Shown: one piece after another, positions 41,939-52,020 of the stretch
How positions within the stretch are numbered: position 1 is the first letter of the stretch
Layout: each line of letters starts with the position of its first letter
Assembly (NCBI GenBank): GCA_965220745.1
Contig: CBDCQT010000005.1
Location: forward strand, 256,001 to 320,000
Origin: Alphaproteobacteria bacterium
Lineage (GTDB): Bacteria; Pseudomonadota; Alphaproteobacteria; UBA828
Direction of reading: 5' to 3'
DNA length: 64,000 bases
Position numbers and translations under genes: made by a program
The notes under the pieces: model-generated
Seen by the model: only the letters and a program-made list of their open reading frames with translations
Told to the model about the DNA's origin: nothing
Database searches by the model: none

Positions 41939-42568
41939 TCAGTTTTCAGGCGGATTCCGCATCAGGCGGGCGAGGTCGGCGGGCTCCTGCCCCAAGCCGT
42001 CGCTCTCGACGTGCCCCGCGGCCCGCAGACGAACTTGGTCTTCCTTGTTCTGATTGAGCTTCCAGGTGCCGTCCACGCTCTCCACCGAGAGCTCGACCGG
42101 CATGATCGAGCGCATCAGCTCGGAAAGCTGGTCTGACGATACCTTGGCCGGCGTCCACGGGGGCTTGGGTCGAAGCTCACTCTCGAACCGGGCCGACAGC
42201 GCGTCCAGGTGGGCGCGGAGCGTCTCATCCGGGCGGCGCCGGAGCGTGCCCCGGATGTGCACGGCCACATAGTTCCACGTCGGAACCTGGTCCACCGTAT
42301 CGGCGCCGTACCAGTCCGGCGAGACGTAGCTGTCCGGTCCACTGATCGCCAACACGGCTGCACATTCCTTCTCACGCAAGTGCCGCGCGATCGGATTCCC
42401 ACGAACGAGATGGGCATGAACCGCCGCGCCGTCTTCGGCCAGAATGAACGGAATGTGGCTGACGAGCGGGCCCCCACCGTCGACGGCCAGAACGCCAAAC
42501 CCTCGTTGCGCGGCAAACCTCAGGTTACGGTCCCGGGAGACTCGCCGGAAGGCGGGATTGTTGTGCAC
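41939..42568 (-). CDS. FMN-binding negative transcriptional regulator (PaiB family)
   Basis: SHIPF, GPDSYVSPDWY, VPTWNYVAVH and WKLNQNK motifs. Confidence 0.9.
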   Translation of the reverse strand: MHNNPAFRRVSRDRNLRFAAQRGFGVLAVDGGGPLVSHIPFILAEDGAAVHAHLVRGNPIARHLREKECAAVLAISGPDSYVSPDWYGADTVDQVPTWNYVAVHIRGTLRRRPDETLRAHLDALSARFESELRPKPPWTPAKVSSDQLSELMRSIMPVELSVESVDGTWKLNQNKEDQVRLRAAGHVESDGLGQEPADLARLMRNPPEN

Positions 42569-42640
42569 CGAACCGGAGGCCGTCTTACCCTCAAGGCCAG
42601 CAACGTGTGGAATGCGGCCAGTTTGGGGCCATATTGCCAG

Positions 42641-43453
42641 CTATTCCAGCACCGGAATAGCGGTGAGGTAGTCGAAAAGCGCCTTGGCGATGCGCTGGCG
42701 CTCGTCTTCGGCCAGGCGGTCGGAGAGGGGCGGCATCGTCGTCTCCTCGAACACGGAGAGCGGCGCCAGGACCACGCTCACGAACACCGCCTCTTCGTAG
42801 CCCTTGGTGATCTCCGCGAGGTTGCCCTCGTGCTTCTCGCCGCCGAAACCGTTCACCAAGTGGCATCTCAGGCAGTGCTCTTTGGCGAGCGCCGCACCCT
42901 CGTGAAAGCGGGCCTCGAGCCCTTCGGGCAGCAGCGCTGCGTCCGAAAGCGTGACGAGATTGGCCTCGGCTATCTGATAGATCCATGTGCCCGGACCCTC
43001 CTCGATCAGGGCGGGGTTCCCGATATTGTCCCAGACCAGGTAGTAGGGCCCGAGCGGCACGTCGGTCTGGTTTTGCAAGGGATTGTCGACGGTAAACGGC
43101 GACCCGTCTCCCAGCGCGAAGACGAAGAAGGCATCCACCGTCAGGAAGCGGTCGGCGGCGACGCGCAAGACGTAGCCGTCCAGGGCGCGGAGCTCGACGG
43201 TCTCGGCCTGGCTCGCCCAGTCCGCACCAAAGAGCCGCGCCAGCACATCCACGGCCGGGTAGCCCACGTAGTCGACGGTGACATGCTCATCGTCCACGCT
43301 GAGATGCGGCTCATAGACCGTGACCGTCTCGGCCGGGGCGCCCATCTGGGCCTCAAGGTCGTCGACGGATGGCATCTCCGCCGCACGAAGGGGGGCAGCC
43401 GCCAGCAGCGCCAACCCGAGCACGGCGGTGAGCAAGGTGAGCCTCAGACGCAT
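42641..43453 (-). CDS. Exported monoheme c-type cytochrome with an N-terminal accessory domain
   Basis: Signal peptide MRLRLTLL...LRA; CLRCH heme motif with distal Met (TTMPP); N-terminal ALDGY and GPYYLVW segments. Confidence 0.8.
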   Translation of the reverse strand: MRLRLTLLTAVLGLALLAAAPLRAAEMPSVDDLEAQMGAPAETVTVYEPHLSVDDEHVTVDYVGYPAVDVLARLFGADWASQAETVELRALDGYVLRVAADRFLTVDAFFVFALGDGSPFTVDNPLQNQTDVPLGPYYLVWDNIGNPALIEEGPGTWIYQIAEANLVTLSDAALLPEGLEARFHEGAALAKEHCLRCHLVNGFGGEKHEGNLAEITKGYEEAVFVSVVLAPLSVFEETTMPPLSDRLAEDERQRIAKALFDYLTAIPVLE

Positions 43454-43628
43454 CGCTTTCTCCCCCTGTCCAAGAAAGCGCCCGCCCCGACGATGGACGG
43501 GCCGGCCCGCATCGTAGGGGGCGCGTCGGGTCTTTCTCAACTGTGTCTCCGCCTTACATCGGGGCTTCGATCTGATATGTCTCCGAGCCAGGGCGCGGCA
43601 CCGCCGCGTCATGCGGCGGGAGGAGGCG

Positions 43629-44912
43629 ATGGCAGTCAGAGCGGCAGCCGAGACGCGGAGGAATCGGGGGTTCCCCCAGGAAAGCCGGCCCTGGGACGAC
43701 CTCAAGGCCGAAATGCTGGCGGCGCACGCGGACGACAACTCCTGGTGCCACGAGCGAGGCTTCGCCGCCGCGTATTTCGCGGGCGAGGACCTGCTGCGTT
43801 GCGCGCACGAGGCCTACGACATCCACCGGGACGAGAACGGTCTTTTCGCCGCGAGCGCCTATCCGAGCCTCGCCGCCTGCGAGCACGAATTGATCGCGGG
43901 CGTGCTCGACCTGCTGCACGCGCCCGACGGCGCCGGCGGCTCCACCACCGCCGGCGGCACCGAGAGCATCCTCATGGCGATGAAGGCCGCGCGGGACTGG
44001 GCGCGGGAGCACCGACCGGTTGCCGGCGTGCCCGAGGTCGTGGTGCCGAAGACGGCGCACGCCGCCTTCGACAAGGGCGCCGCTTGGCTCGGCATGAAGG
44101 TCGTGCGCATGTCCCGCAGCGAGGACTGGCGCGCCGATGTCGCTGGCATGGCCGCCGCCATCACCGAGAACACGGTGATGATCGCAGGCTCGGCGCCACC
44201 CTATCCCTACGGCGAGACCGACCCCATCGAGGAGATCGCGCAGCTCGCCCGAGACCACGACCTCTGGATGCATTCGGACGGCTGCATCGGCGGCATGATC
44301 CTGCCCTTCATGACGATGCTGGGCGAGCCGATTCCGCCGTTCGACTTCGCCGTCCCCGGCGTCACCTCGATGTCGGTGGACATGCACAAGTTCGGCTACG
44401 CCCACAAGGGCATCTCGCTCTGTCTGCTGCGCGACAAGGCGCTGGAGCGCTACCACCGCACAACCTTCGACGGCTGGCCCGCCGGCACCTACTCCACGCC
44501 CACGATTACCGGCACCCGTTCGGGCGGCGGGGTCGCCAGCGCCTGGGCGGTGATGACCCATCTGGGGGAGGAGGGCTATCTCCGCATCTACGAGACCCAG
44601 CGGCGCATCCGCGAGCGCTTGGTGGAAGGGATCGGCGCGATCGAGGGGCTCGCCGTGCTCGGCCGTCCCCACGCGCTCCACGTCACCTTCTACGCCGAGG
44701 GCTTCGACATCTTCGCGGTGGAGGAAGGGACGGCGGCGCGCGGCTGGCGCTCAATCCGCATGCGCGAGCCGGACTCGATCCTGCTCTGGCTCAACATGAA
44801 GCACGCGGAGAGCATCGACGCCTATCTCGCCGACCTCGCCGAGGTCACGGCGGACGTCCGCGCCGGCGGCCTCACCGCGGCGACGCGCGGCGCCTCCAGC
44901 TATGCGACCTGA
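43629..44912 (+). CDS. PLP-dependent decarboxylase/lyase, sphingosine-1-phosphate-lyase-like
   Basis: GGTESILMAMKAARD, AHAAFDK, GSAPPYPYG, SVDMHKFGY (PLP Lys) and GTRSGG; GGAGG RBS. Confidence 0.85.
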   Translation: MAVRAAAETRRNRGFPQESRPWDDLKAEMLAAHADDNSWCHERGFAAAYFAGEDLLRCAHEAYDIHRDENGLFAASAYPSLAACEHELIAGVLDLLHAPDGAGGSTTAGGTESILMAMKAARDWAREHRPVAGVPEVVVPKTAHAAFDKGAAWLGMKVVRMSRSEDWRADVAGMAAAITENTVMIAGSAPPYPYGETDPIEEIAQLARDHDLWMHSDGCIGGMILPFMTMLGEPIPPFDFAVPGVTSMSVDMHKFGYAHKGISLCLLRDKALERYHRTTFDGWPAGTYSTPTITGTRSGGGVASAWAVMTHLGEEGYLRIYETQRRIRERLVEGIGAIEGLAVLGRPHALHVTFYAEGFDIFAVEEGTAARGWRSIRMREPDSILLWLNMKHAESIDAYLADLAEVTADVRAGGLTAATRGASSYAT

Positions 44913-44936
44913 TCACGGCCGACGGCGGGGCCGGCC

Positions 44937-46064
44937 GTGAGCCGCACCGTCGACTGCAACTTCGACGGTGGCAACATCCGCTGCCTCGCCCTGCCCAAGA
45001 CCGGCCCGATCAGGCTCGAAATCGTGCCCGACGAAGGCGGAGCGTTCTTCCAGTGGTTCTACTTCCGGCTGCGCGGCGCGGCGGGTGAGGACTGCGTGCT
45101 CCGGATCGAGAACGCCGCCGGCGCCACCTACCCCGAGGGCTGGAAGGGCTACCGGGCCGTTGCGTCGGAGGATGGCGAGGACTGGCTGCGGGTCGCGACC
45201 GAGTACGACGGCACGGTGCTGACCATCCGGCATCGCCCCGCCGGAGACGAGGTGCGCTTCGCCTACTTCGTGCCCTATCCGATGGCGCGTCATGCGTCGC
45301 TTATCGCCCGCGTCGGGCGCTCGCCCCTGGTCGCCGTGCGCCGGCTCGGCACCACCCTCGACGGCGCGCCGCTCGACCTACTGGAGATCGGTGGGGCACG
45401 GGCGCGGACCTGCTGGATCATCGGGCGCCAGCATCCTGGCGAGACCATGGCCGAGTGGTGGATGGAGGGGTTTCTCGATGGGCTGCTGGACCCCTTCGAT
45501 GCCGCCGCCCGCACGCTGCTTGAGAAGGCGTGCTTCTGCGTGGTGCCGAACATGAACCCCGATGGCAGCAGCCGCGGCCACCTCAGGACCAACGCGGCGG
45601 GCGTCAATCTCAACCGCGCCTGGGCCTCGCCCAGCATGAAGGAGAGCCCGGAGGTCTATCTCGTCGGCGCCGAGATGGCGCGCACCGGGGTCGACTTCTG
45701 CCTCGATGTCCACGGCGACGAGGCGCTCCCCTACGCCTTCATCGCCGGGCCCGAAGGCATCCCGTCCTACACGCACGCGCTGGCGCGGAAGCAGGCGCGC
45801 TTCCAAGATGCACTCGCGGCGGCAAACCCGGACTTCCAGACCAAATACGGCTATCCGCCGACGCCGCCCGGCAAGGCCAATCTCGGCATCTGCGCCAACT
45901 ACGTGGCGGAGACTTACGGTTGCCTCGCCATGACCCTTGAACAGCCTTTCAAGGATGCGGCAAACGCGCCCGATCCCCGCCACGGCTGGTCGCCCGCGCA
46001 CTGCCGCAGGCTCGGCCACGGCTGCGTGGAGGCGCTCGCCGCCGTCATCGACGTGTTGCGCTAG
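44937..46064 (+). CDS. M14 family zinc carboxypeptidase (cytosolic carboxypeptidase-like)
   Basis: FDGGNI, QWFYFR, RQHPGE (HxxE), PNMNPDG, NLNRAW, LDVHGDE and TLEQPFKD motifs. Confidence 0.9.
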   Translation: MSRTVDCNFDGGNIRCLALPKTGPIRLEIVPDEGGAFFQWFYFRLRGAAGEDCVLRIENAAGATYPEGWKGYRAVASEDGEDWLRVATEYDGTVLTIRHRPAGDEVRFAYFVPYPMARHASLIARVGRSPLVAVRRLGTTLDGAPLDLLEIGGARARTCWIIGRQHPGETMAEWWMEGFLDGLLDPFDAAARTLLEKACFCVVPNMNPDGSSRGHLRTNAAGVNLNRAWASPSMKESPEVYLVGAEMARTGVDFCLDVHGDEALPYAFIAGPEGIPSYTHALARKQARFQDALAAANPDFQTKYGYPPTPPGKANLGICANYVAETYGCLAMTLEQPFKDAANAPDPRHGWSPAHCRRLGHGCVEALAAVIDVLR

Positions 46065-46206
46065 GGCGTTTCCGTTACGCACGGAAACGCCCTCGCTCTT
46101 TGTCGCTCACGGCAGCCGGCCCACGGCCGGCGCCTCCGCGAGGGCGCCGCATGAGCGGCGGGCCGCGGTCGCGGCCTATCGCGCGTCCGCCGAAGACGGA
46201 CGCGCT

Positions 46207-47514
46207 CTAAGCTGGGCGGGCTGGCTCGGTGGCGAAGCCTGCGCTCGGCTTCGCGTCCGGCAGCCGCAGGTAGGCGAGGCAGGCCACCGCCACCAGGGCG
46301 GCGAGGAAGGCGAAGAATGCCTGGTAGGCGATGGCCGGCGCCGCGCCGTTCGTCGCGGGAAAGGCGCCGATGATGACGCCGCTCACGCCCTGCAGCACCG
46401 CCGGTCCGCCCATGAAGGCGATCGCCATGAGCGCCATGCCGCGTCCGGCGAGCCGGTCGGGCAGCAGAGAGCGCGCGTGGCCCGCGAGAATGATGTTGTA
46501 GGAGCCGCAGGCGCCGACGAGAGCAAGGAGGAGGATCACCGCCCAGGTGGGCAGCGCCGGCAGCGCGGCGAGCAATCCCAAGGCCGCGACGACGACGGCG
46601 GCAAGGACCAGAATGAGCCACTTGCGCATGTCCAGCCGGCGCTCCAGGGGGCCGAGCACGAGGTTCGCCACGATCAGCGTGGCAGCCATCACGAGGAGCG
46701 CGTTGCCGGCTTCCACTGGCTCCAGCCCGTGCCGGTCCGCGAGAAAGGGCCCACCCCAGAGGCCGAGGACGGTGATGACCACGGGATAGGACGCAAATCC
46801 CATCAGGATGAGCGTGGGGAAGCCCGGCGTCGCCAGCGCCGCGCGGACCCCTTTCAGGCTCTCGCGAATCCCCTCCGCCGGCGCCGCGCCACCCGGGTCG
46901 GCCGACGGGCGGTCGCGGGCCATCGCGTAGATGGCGATGGCGCCCACTGCGGTCAGCGCCGCCGCGCCCCAGAAGGCCGTGCGCCAGCCGAGGGTCTCCG
47001 CAATGGCGGCGAGCGGCGTGGTGGAGAGCAGCCCGCCGGCGCCGCCGATGGCGATCATCCGCCCCATCCAGGTGCTGAAGGAGGCGGCCGGCGCCCACTG
47101 GCCGAATAGGAAGAGCGAGCCCATCAGCACCACCGAGCAGCCGATGCCGAGCAGCAGGCGGCCCGCGATCAGCATCGCCTCGCCGTCCGCGAGGCCATAG
47201 AGGATCGAGCCCGCGATGGCGGCGGTGAGCACCACCGGCGCCGTGCGTCGCGCGCCGAAGCGGTCGAACAGCATGCCCACCGGGATCTGCGCCGCGCCGA
47301 AGGAGAGGAAGAACATGCCGGTGAGCAGACCGAGGGCCTCCGGCGAAAGACCGAACTCGGCGGTCAGGGTCTTGGCGATGACGGCGTTCGAGGCGCGGAA
47401 GAACTGGCTCAGCACGAACACCGCGCCGAAGCAAACGACGACCGCGACGAGCGGATGCAGCAGGCCGGGGCGCGCGTCGCCGCTCCCTTGCGGGGTGTCA
47501 GCCGGCGAGCGCAC
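46207..47514 (-). CDS. MFS transporter
   Basis: About 12 hydrophobic helices; motif A GMLFDRFGARR. Confidence 0.9.
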   Translation of the reverse strand: MRSPADTPQGSGDARPGLLHPLVAVVVCFGAVFVLSQFFRASNAVIAKTLTAEFGLSPEALGLLTGMFFLSFGAAQIPVGMLFDRFGARRTAPVVLTAAIAGSILYGLADGEAMLIAGRLLLGIGCSVVLMGSLFLFGQWAPAASFSTWMGRMIAIGGAGGLLSTTPLAAIAETLGWRTAFWGAAALTAVGAIAIYAMARDRPSADPGGAAPAEGIRESLKGVRAALATPGFPTLILMGFASYPVVITVLGLWGGPFLADRHGLEPVEAGNALLVMAATLIVANLVLGPLERRLDMRKWLILVLAAVVVAALGLLAALPALPTWAVILLLALVGACGSYNIILAGHARSLLPDRLAGRGMALMAIAFMGGPAVLQGVSGVIIGAFPATNGAAPAIAYQAFFAFLAALVAVACLAYLRLPDAKPSAGFATEPARPA

Positions 47515-48727
47515 CGATCCCCCAACCCGCCAGCGCGCCCAGGATCACCACCGCCCAGGGCGGCACCTTCCAGAACGCGAGCAGCACGAAAGCGGCGAGC
47601 CCGAGCGCGAGATCGGCGGTCGTGCGGATGCCGCCGATCCAGATCGGGTCGTAGAAGGCCGCACCCAGCAGGCCCACCACCGCCGCGTTGACGCCGAGCA
47701 TCGCGCGCTCCGCCAGCGCGAAGCGCCGCAGCCGCTCCCAGAATGGGAGCGCACCCACCACCAGGAGGAACGACGGCAGGAAGACCGCGCCGAGGCAGAG
47801 CAGGCCGCCCAGCACACCGCCCGGCCCGATGCCTGCGACGGCGCCGAGATAGGCCGCGAAGGTGAAGAGCGGCCCCGGCACCGCCTGCGCCGCGCCGTAG
47901 CCCGCGATGAAGGTCTCGTTCGCGACCCAGCCGGGCGGCACCACCTCCGCCTGCAAGAGCGGCAGCAGCACGTGGCCGCCGCCGAAGACCAGCGAGGCGG
48001 AGCGGTAGAAGCCGTCCACCAGCCGGAGCGCCTCCGCCGGCCAGGCGGCGGCGAGGATCGGGAGTGCGATGAGAAGCGCGAGGAAGAGCGCGAGCAGCAG
48101 AACCGCCAAGCGGCGGTCCACGGCGATGCCGAGCGAGGCGTCACGATCGCCGGCAACCGGGCGCAGGACCGCCAAGCCGGCGAGCGCGCCTGCGGCGATA
48201 ATCGCGACGTGGGTCACCACCGAGGGCGCCAGCACTGCGGCGATGGCGGCGAGCACCGCCACAGTGGCGCGCGGCGCGTCGGGGCAGAGGGTGCGCGCCA
48301 TGCTCCAGACGGCCTGCGCCACCACTGCGGCCGCGACGACTTTCAGCCCCTGCAGGGCGCCGGCGGGAATCGCCTCCTCGTTGGCCGCGACGCCGTAGCC
48401 GAAGGCCACCATGAGGACGGCCGAGGGCAGCGTGAAGCCCACCCACGCCGCCACCGCGCCGGGGAGCCCCGCCTTCGCGAGCCCGATGCCGATACCCACC
48501 TGGCTGGAGGTCGGCCCCGGCAGCATCTGGCAAAGCGCGACGAGGTCGGCATAGGCGCGGTCGTCGATCCAGCGGCGGCGCGCGACGAAGGCCTCGCGGA
48601 AGTAGCCGATATGCGCCACCGGCCCGCCGAACGAGGTCAGCCCCAGCAGGAGAAAGGCGATGAAGACGCGCGTGGTCGACTGGCGCCCCGCGCCGCTCCC
48701 GCCGCCATTGCTTCTGCCCTCGCCCAT
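47498..48727 (-). CDS. chrA: Chromate efflux transporter
   Basis: GLTSFGGPVAHIGYF, CQMLPGPTSSQ, LVFGGGHV and AQAVPGPLFTF motifs. Confidence 0.92.
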   Translation of the reverse strand: MGEGRSNGGGSGAGRQSTTRVFIAFLLLGLTSFGGPVAHIGYFREAFVARRRWIDDRAYADLVALCQMLPGPTSSQVGIGIGLAKAGLPGAVAAWVGFTLPSAVLMVAFGYGVAANEEAIPAGALQGLKVVAAAVVAQAVWSMARTLCPDAPRATVAVLAAIAAVLAPSVVTHVAIIAAGALAGLAVLRPVAGDRDASLGIAVDRRLAVLLLALFLALLIALPILAAAWPAEALRLVDGFYRSASLVFGGGHVLLPLLQAEVVPPGWVANETFIAGYGAAQAVPGPLFTFAAYLGAVAGIGPGGVLGGLLCLGAVFLPSFLLVVGALPFWERLRRFALAERAMLGVNAAVVGLLGAAFYDPIWIGGIRTTADLALGLAAFVLLAFWKVPPWAVVILGALAGWGIGALAG

Positions 48728-48861
48728 GGGGACCGGGAATACGCCATTTCGCTGACGCAGACACGTCAAGCCGCCGCCCCGAGCCGGACGCGCCCTCAAA
48801 CTTTGCCGGGCCGGGTGATACGCTCCGCGCAGCGGACGACGCGGCGGCGGAAAGGCAGCTC

Positions 48862-49533
48862 ATGACAGGCGAAGACGTGCGGGCCGCCCCTTTCGAGGCG
48901 GCGCACTGGGACCTCGTGCCGGAGCGGACGGCGCTCGTCGTCATCGACGCGCAGAACGATTTTCTGCACGCGGACGGCTGGTATGCGACGCAGGGCATCG
49001 ACATCGGCCACATGCAGCGCTGCATCGAGCCGCTGAAGACGCTGCTCCCCGCCGCGCGAACCAAGAACATCCCCGTCGTCTGGACCCGCCACGGCATCCG
49101 GGGCGTCGAGGACGGCGGGCCGTTCATGCAGCTCCGCCCCTTCCTCAAGGACGGCGGGCTCAGGCGCGAGACCTGGGGCTGGGAGGTGCTGGCCGACCTC
49201 GCGCCCGAACCGGATGACTGGTATGTGGCGAAGACGCGGCTCAGCGCCTTCTACGGCACGGATCTGGAGGTGGTATTGCGGGGGCTTAGAGCGGAGACGG
49301 TGCTGATGACGGGCGTGCTCACCAATCAATGCGTCGCAGCGACCTCGAAGGACGCGATGTTCCGCGACTTCAAGCCCATCGTGATCGAGGAGTGCACGGG
49401 GACCACCATGCCGCACCTGCATGAGCCCGCGATCGAGATGATGCGGGTCGGCTGGGCCGAGGTCCGCGACCTGGAGTCCACGCTGAGCGAGATCAGGCAG
49501 ATGGCGACTGCCCGCATGGAGGACCCCCGGTAA
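48862..49533 (+). CDS. Isochorismatase-family cysteine hydrolase
   Basis: Catalytic triad: D in VIDAQNDF, K in KTRLSAF, C in TNQCV. Confidence 0.9.
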   Translation: MTGEDVRAAPFEAAHWDLVPERTALVVIDAQNDFLHADGWYATQGIDIGHMQRCIEPLKTLLPAARTKNIPVVWTRHGIRGVEDGGPFMQLRPFLKDGGLRRETWGWEVLADLAPEPDDWYVAKTRLSAFYGTDLEVVLRGLRAETVLMTGVLTNQCVAATSKDAMFRDFKPIVIEECTGTTMPHLHEPAIEMMRVGWAEVRDLESTLSEIRQMATARMEDPR

Positions 49534-51980
49534 TGGCTCAGGATCTTCCCCGTTCGGCCCGCGTCGTCATCGTCGGCGGCGGGGTGGTGGGCTGCTCCGT
49601 CGCCTATCACTTGGCGCGCGCAGGCGTCTCCGATGTGGTGCTGCTGGAGCGCCGCGAGCTCACCTGCGGCACCACCTGGCACGCCGCCGGCCTCATCGGC
49701 CAGCTGCGCCCGTCGAAGCGCATGACCGAGCTCGCCAAGTACACGGCTGAGCTTTACACGGGCCTGGAAGCGGAGACCGGCCAGGCGACCGGCTTCAAGC
49801 AGAACGGCTCGATCTCGCTCGCCACCCACGATGGCCGCTTCGAGGAGCTGAAGCGCAGCGCCTCGATGGCCAAGGTGTTCGACCTGCGCGTCGACGTGCT
49901 CGGCCCCGACGAGATCAAGGAGCGCTACCCGCTGATCAGCGTCGACGACGTGGTGGGCGGCATCTTCATCCCCTCCGACGGTCAGACCAACCCCATCGAC
50001 GTGAGCCGCGCGCTCGCCAAGGGGGCGCGGGACGGCGGGGTGCTCGTCCGCGAAAACACACCCGTCACCGCCATCGCCCACAACGGCGAGCGGGTCACGG
50101 GCGTCGAGACGCCGGAAGGCCCCATCGCGGCGGAGACGGTGGTGCTCTCCGCCGGCATGTGGACCCGCGCGCTTGCGGCCACCATCGGCGTCCACGTGCC
50201 GCTGCACGCCTGCGAGCACTTCTACATCATGACCGATCCGTTCGAAGGCGTGACCCCGGACCTGCCCGTGCTGCGCGACTACGGCGGCTGCGCCTACTAC
50301 AAGGAGGACGCCGGCAAGATCCTGCTCGGCGCCTTCGAGCCCGACGCCAAGCCCTGGGGCATGGACGGCATCCCCGAGGACTTCTGCTTCGACCAGTTGC
50401 CGGACGATTTCGAGCACTTCGAGCCTGTGCTGATGCACGCGCTGAAGCGGATGCCCGCGCTGGCCGACGCGGGCATCCAGACCTTCTTCTGCGGGCCCGA
50501 GAGTTTTACGCCCGACGATCGCTACCACCTTGGCGAGGCGCCGGGGCTCGCCGGTTGCTACATCGCGGCCGGTTTCAACTCCATCGGCATCCAGTCCGCC
50601 GGCGGCGCAGGCAAGGTGCTTGCCGAGTGCATCAAGACCGGCCGGCCGCTCCTCGACATGTGGGACGTGGACATCCGCCGCAACCTGCCCTTCCAGACCA
50701 ACCGGCGCTACCTGCGTGAGCGGGTGAGCGAGACCCTCGGCCTGCTCTACGACGACCACTGGCCCTTCCGCCAGTACGCGACGGCGCGGGGCGTGCGCCG
50801 CTCGCCCTTCCACGATCGCCTTGTGGCGCGCGGTGCCTGCCATGGCGAGGCCTTCGGCTGGGAGCGGCCCAACTGGTACGCGACGGACGGCATGGAGCCC
50901 CGCTACGAATACAGCTTCGGCCGGCAGAACTGGTTCGACGCGAGCGCCGAGGAGCACCGCGCGGTGCGGGAGGGCGTGGGCCTCTTCGACCAGACCTCGT
51001 TCGCCAAGTTCCGCCTCCAGGGTCGCGACGCGGCGGAGGTGTTGGGCCGGGTTTGCGCCAACGAGGTGGACGTGCTGCCGGGCCGCATCGTCTACACCCA
51101 GTGGCTCAACGACGCGGGCGGCATCGAGGCAGACCTCACCGTCACCCGGCTCGATGACGACGACTATCTGATCGTGACCTCGGGCGAGTTCCAGGTGCGG
51201 GATGCTCTTTGGCTTCAGCGCCACATCCCGGAGGGCGCGCACGCGGTGCTCACCGATGTGACCTCGGGGATCGCCGTGCTCGGCGTCATGGGCCCTCGGT
51301 CCCGCGACCTGCTGCAATCCTTGAGCCCGGACGACCTCTCTAACGAGGCCTTCCCCTTCGGCACCAGCCGGGAGATCGAGCTCGGCCTGGGGTACGTCCG
51401 CGCCGCGCGCATCACCTACGTGGGCGAGCTCGGCTGGGAGCTCTACATCCCCACCGAGTTCGCGGCCGGCATCTACGATGGGCTGGTGGAAGCCGGGGAG
51501 GGCGTGGGGCTCCGCCACGTCGGCATGCACGCCATGAACTCGCTCAGGATCGAGAAGGCCTACCGCCACTACGGCCACGACATTAGCGACGCCGACACGC
51601 CGCTGGAGGCGGGGCTCGGCTTCGCGGTCAAGCTCGACAAGCCCGCGCCCTTCATCGGGCGCGATGCGCTGTTGCGCCAGCGGGAGGAAGGCGTGCGCCA
51701 GCGGCTGGTGCAGTTCCTGCTCGAAGACCCGGAGCCGCTGCTCTACCACAACGAGCCGATCTGGCGGGACGATACGATCTGCGGCTACGTGCGCTCCGGC
51801 ATGTACGGCCACACCCTCGGCGGCGCGGTTGGCCTCGGCTACGTGGAGAATGCGGCGGGCGTCGACGCCGACTACGTGACCGCCGGCCGCTACGAGATCG
51901 AGGTCGCGGGCGTCCGCTACCCGGCGAAGGCCTCCCTCCGCCCCCTCTACGACCCCACGTCGAGCCGCATCAAGGCCTGA
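49533..51980 (+). CDS. GcvT-domain FAD-dependent oxidoreductase (sarcosine/dimethylglycine dehydrogenase family)
   Basis: GGGVVG, GTTWHAAG (covalent-FAD His), GPESFTPD, GWERPNW, TYVGELGWELY and RIEKAYR; TAATG coupling to the upstream gene. Confidence 0.92.
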   Translation: MAQDLPRSARVVIVGGGVVGCSVAYHLARAGVSDVVLLERRELTCGTTWHAAGLIGQLRPSKRMTELAKYTAELYTGLEAETGQATGFKQNGSISLATHDGRFEELKRSASMAKVFDLRVDVLGPDEIKERYPLISVDDVVGGIFIPSDGQTNPIDVSRALAKGARDGGVLVRENTPVTAIAHNGERVTGVETPEGPIAAETVVLSAGMWTRALAATIGVHVPLHACEHFYIMTDPFEGVTPDLPVLRDYGGCAYYKEDAGKILLGAFEPDAKPWGMDGIPEDFCFDQLPDDFEHFEPVLMHALKRMPALADAGIQTFFCGPESFTPDDRYHLGEAPGLAGCYIAAGFNSIGIQSAGGAGKVLAECIKTGRPLLDMWDVDIRRNLPFQTNRRYLRERVSETLGLLYDDHWPFRQYATARGVRRSPFHDRLVARGACHGEAFGWERPNWYATDGMEPRYEYSFGRQNWFDASAEEHRAVREGVGLFDQTSFAKFRLQGRDAAEVLGRVCANEVDVLPGRIVYTQWLNDAGGIEADLTVTRLDDDDYLIVTSGEFQVRDALWLQRHIPEGAHAVLTDVTSGIAVLGVMGPRSRDLLQSLSPDDLSNEAFPFGTSREIELGLGYVRAARITYVGELGWELYIPTEFAAGIYDGLVEAGEGVGLRHVGMHAMNSLRIEKAYRHYGHDISDADTPLEAGLGFAVKLDKPAPFIGRDALLRQREEGVRQRLVQFLLEDPEPLLYHNEPIWRDDTICGYVRSGMYGHTLGGAVGLGYVENAAGVDADYVTAGRYEIEVAGVRYPAKASLRPLYDPTSSRIKA

Positions 51981-52020
51981 CGTTCCGGGCCGTGGTGTGA
52001 TGGAAAGAGCACCGGCGGCA

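Noticed and set aside
42209-45088. 959-aa plus-strand ORF, the longest in the track
   Set aside because: Antisense to the paiB-like and cytochrome genes and out of frame with the PLP enzyme; Arg/Gly/Ala-rich with no motifs; a typical high-GC shadow ORF.
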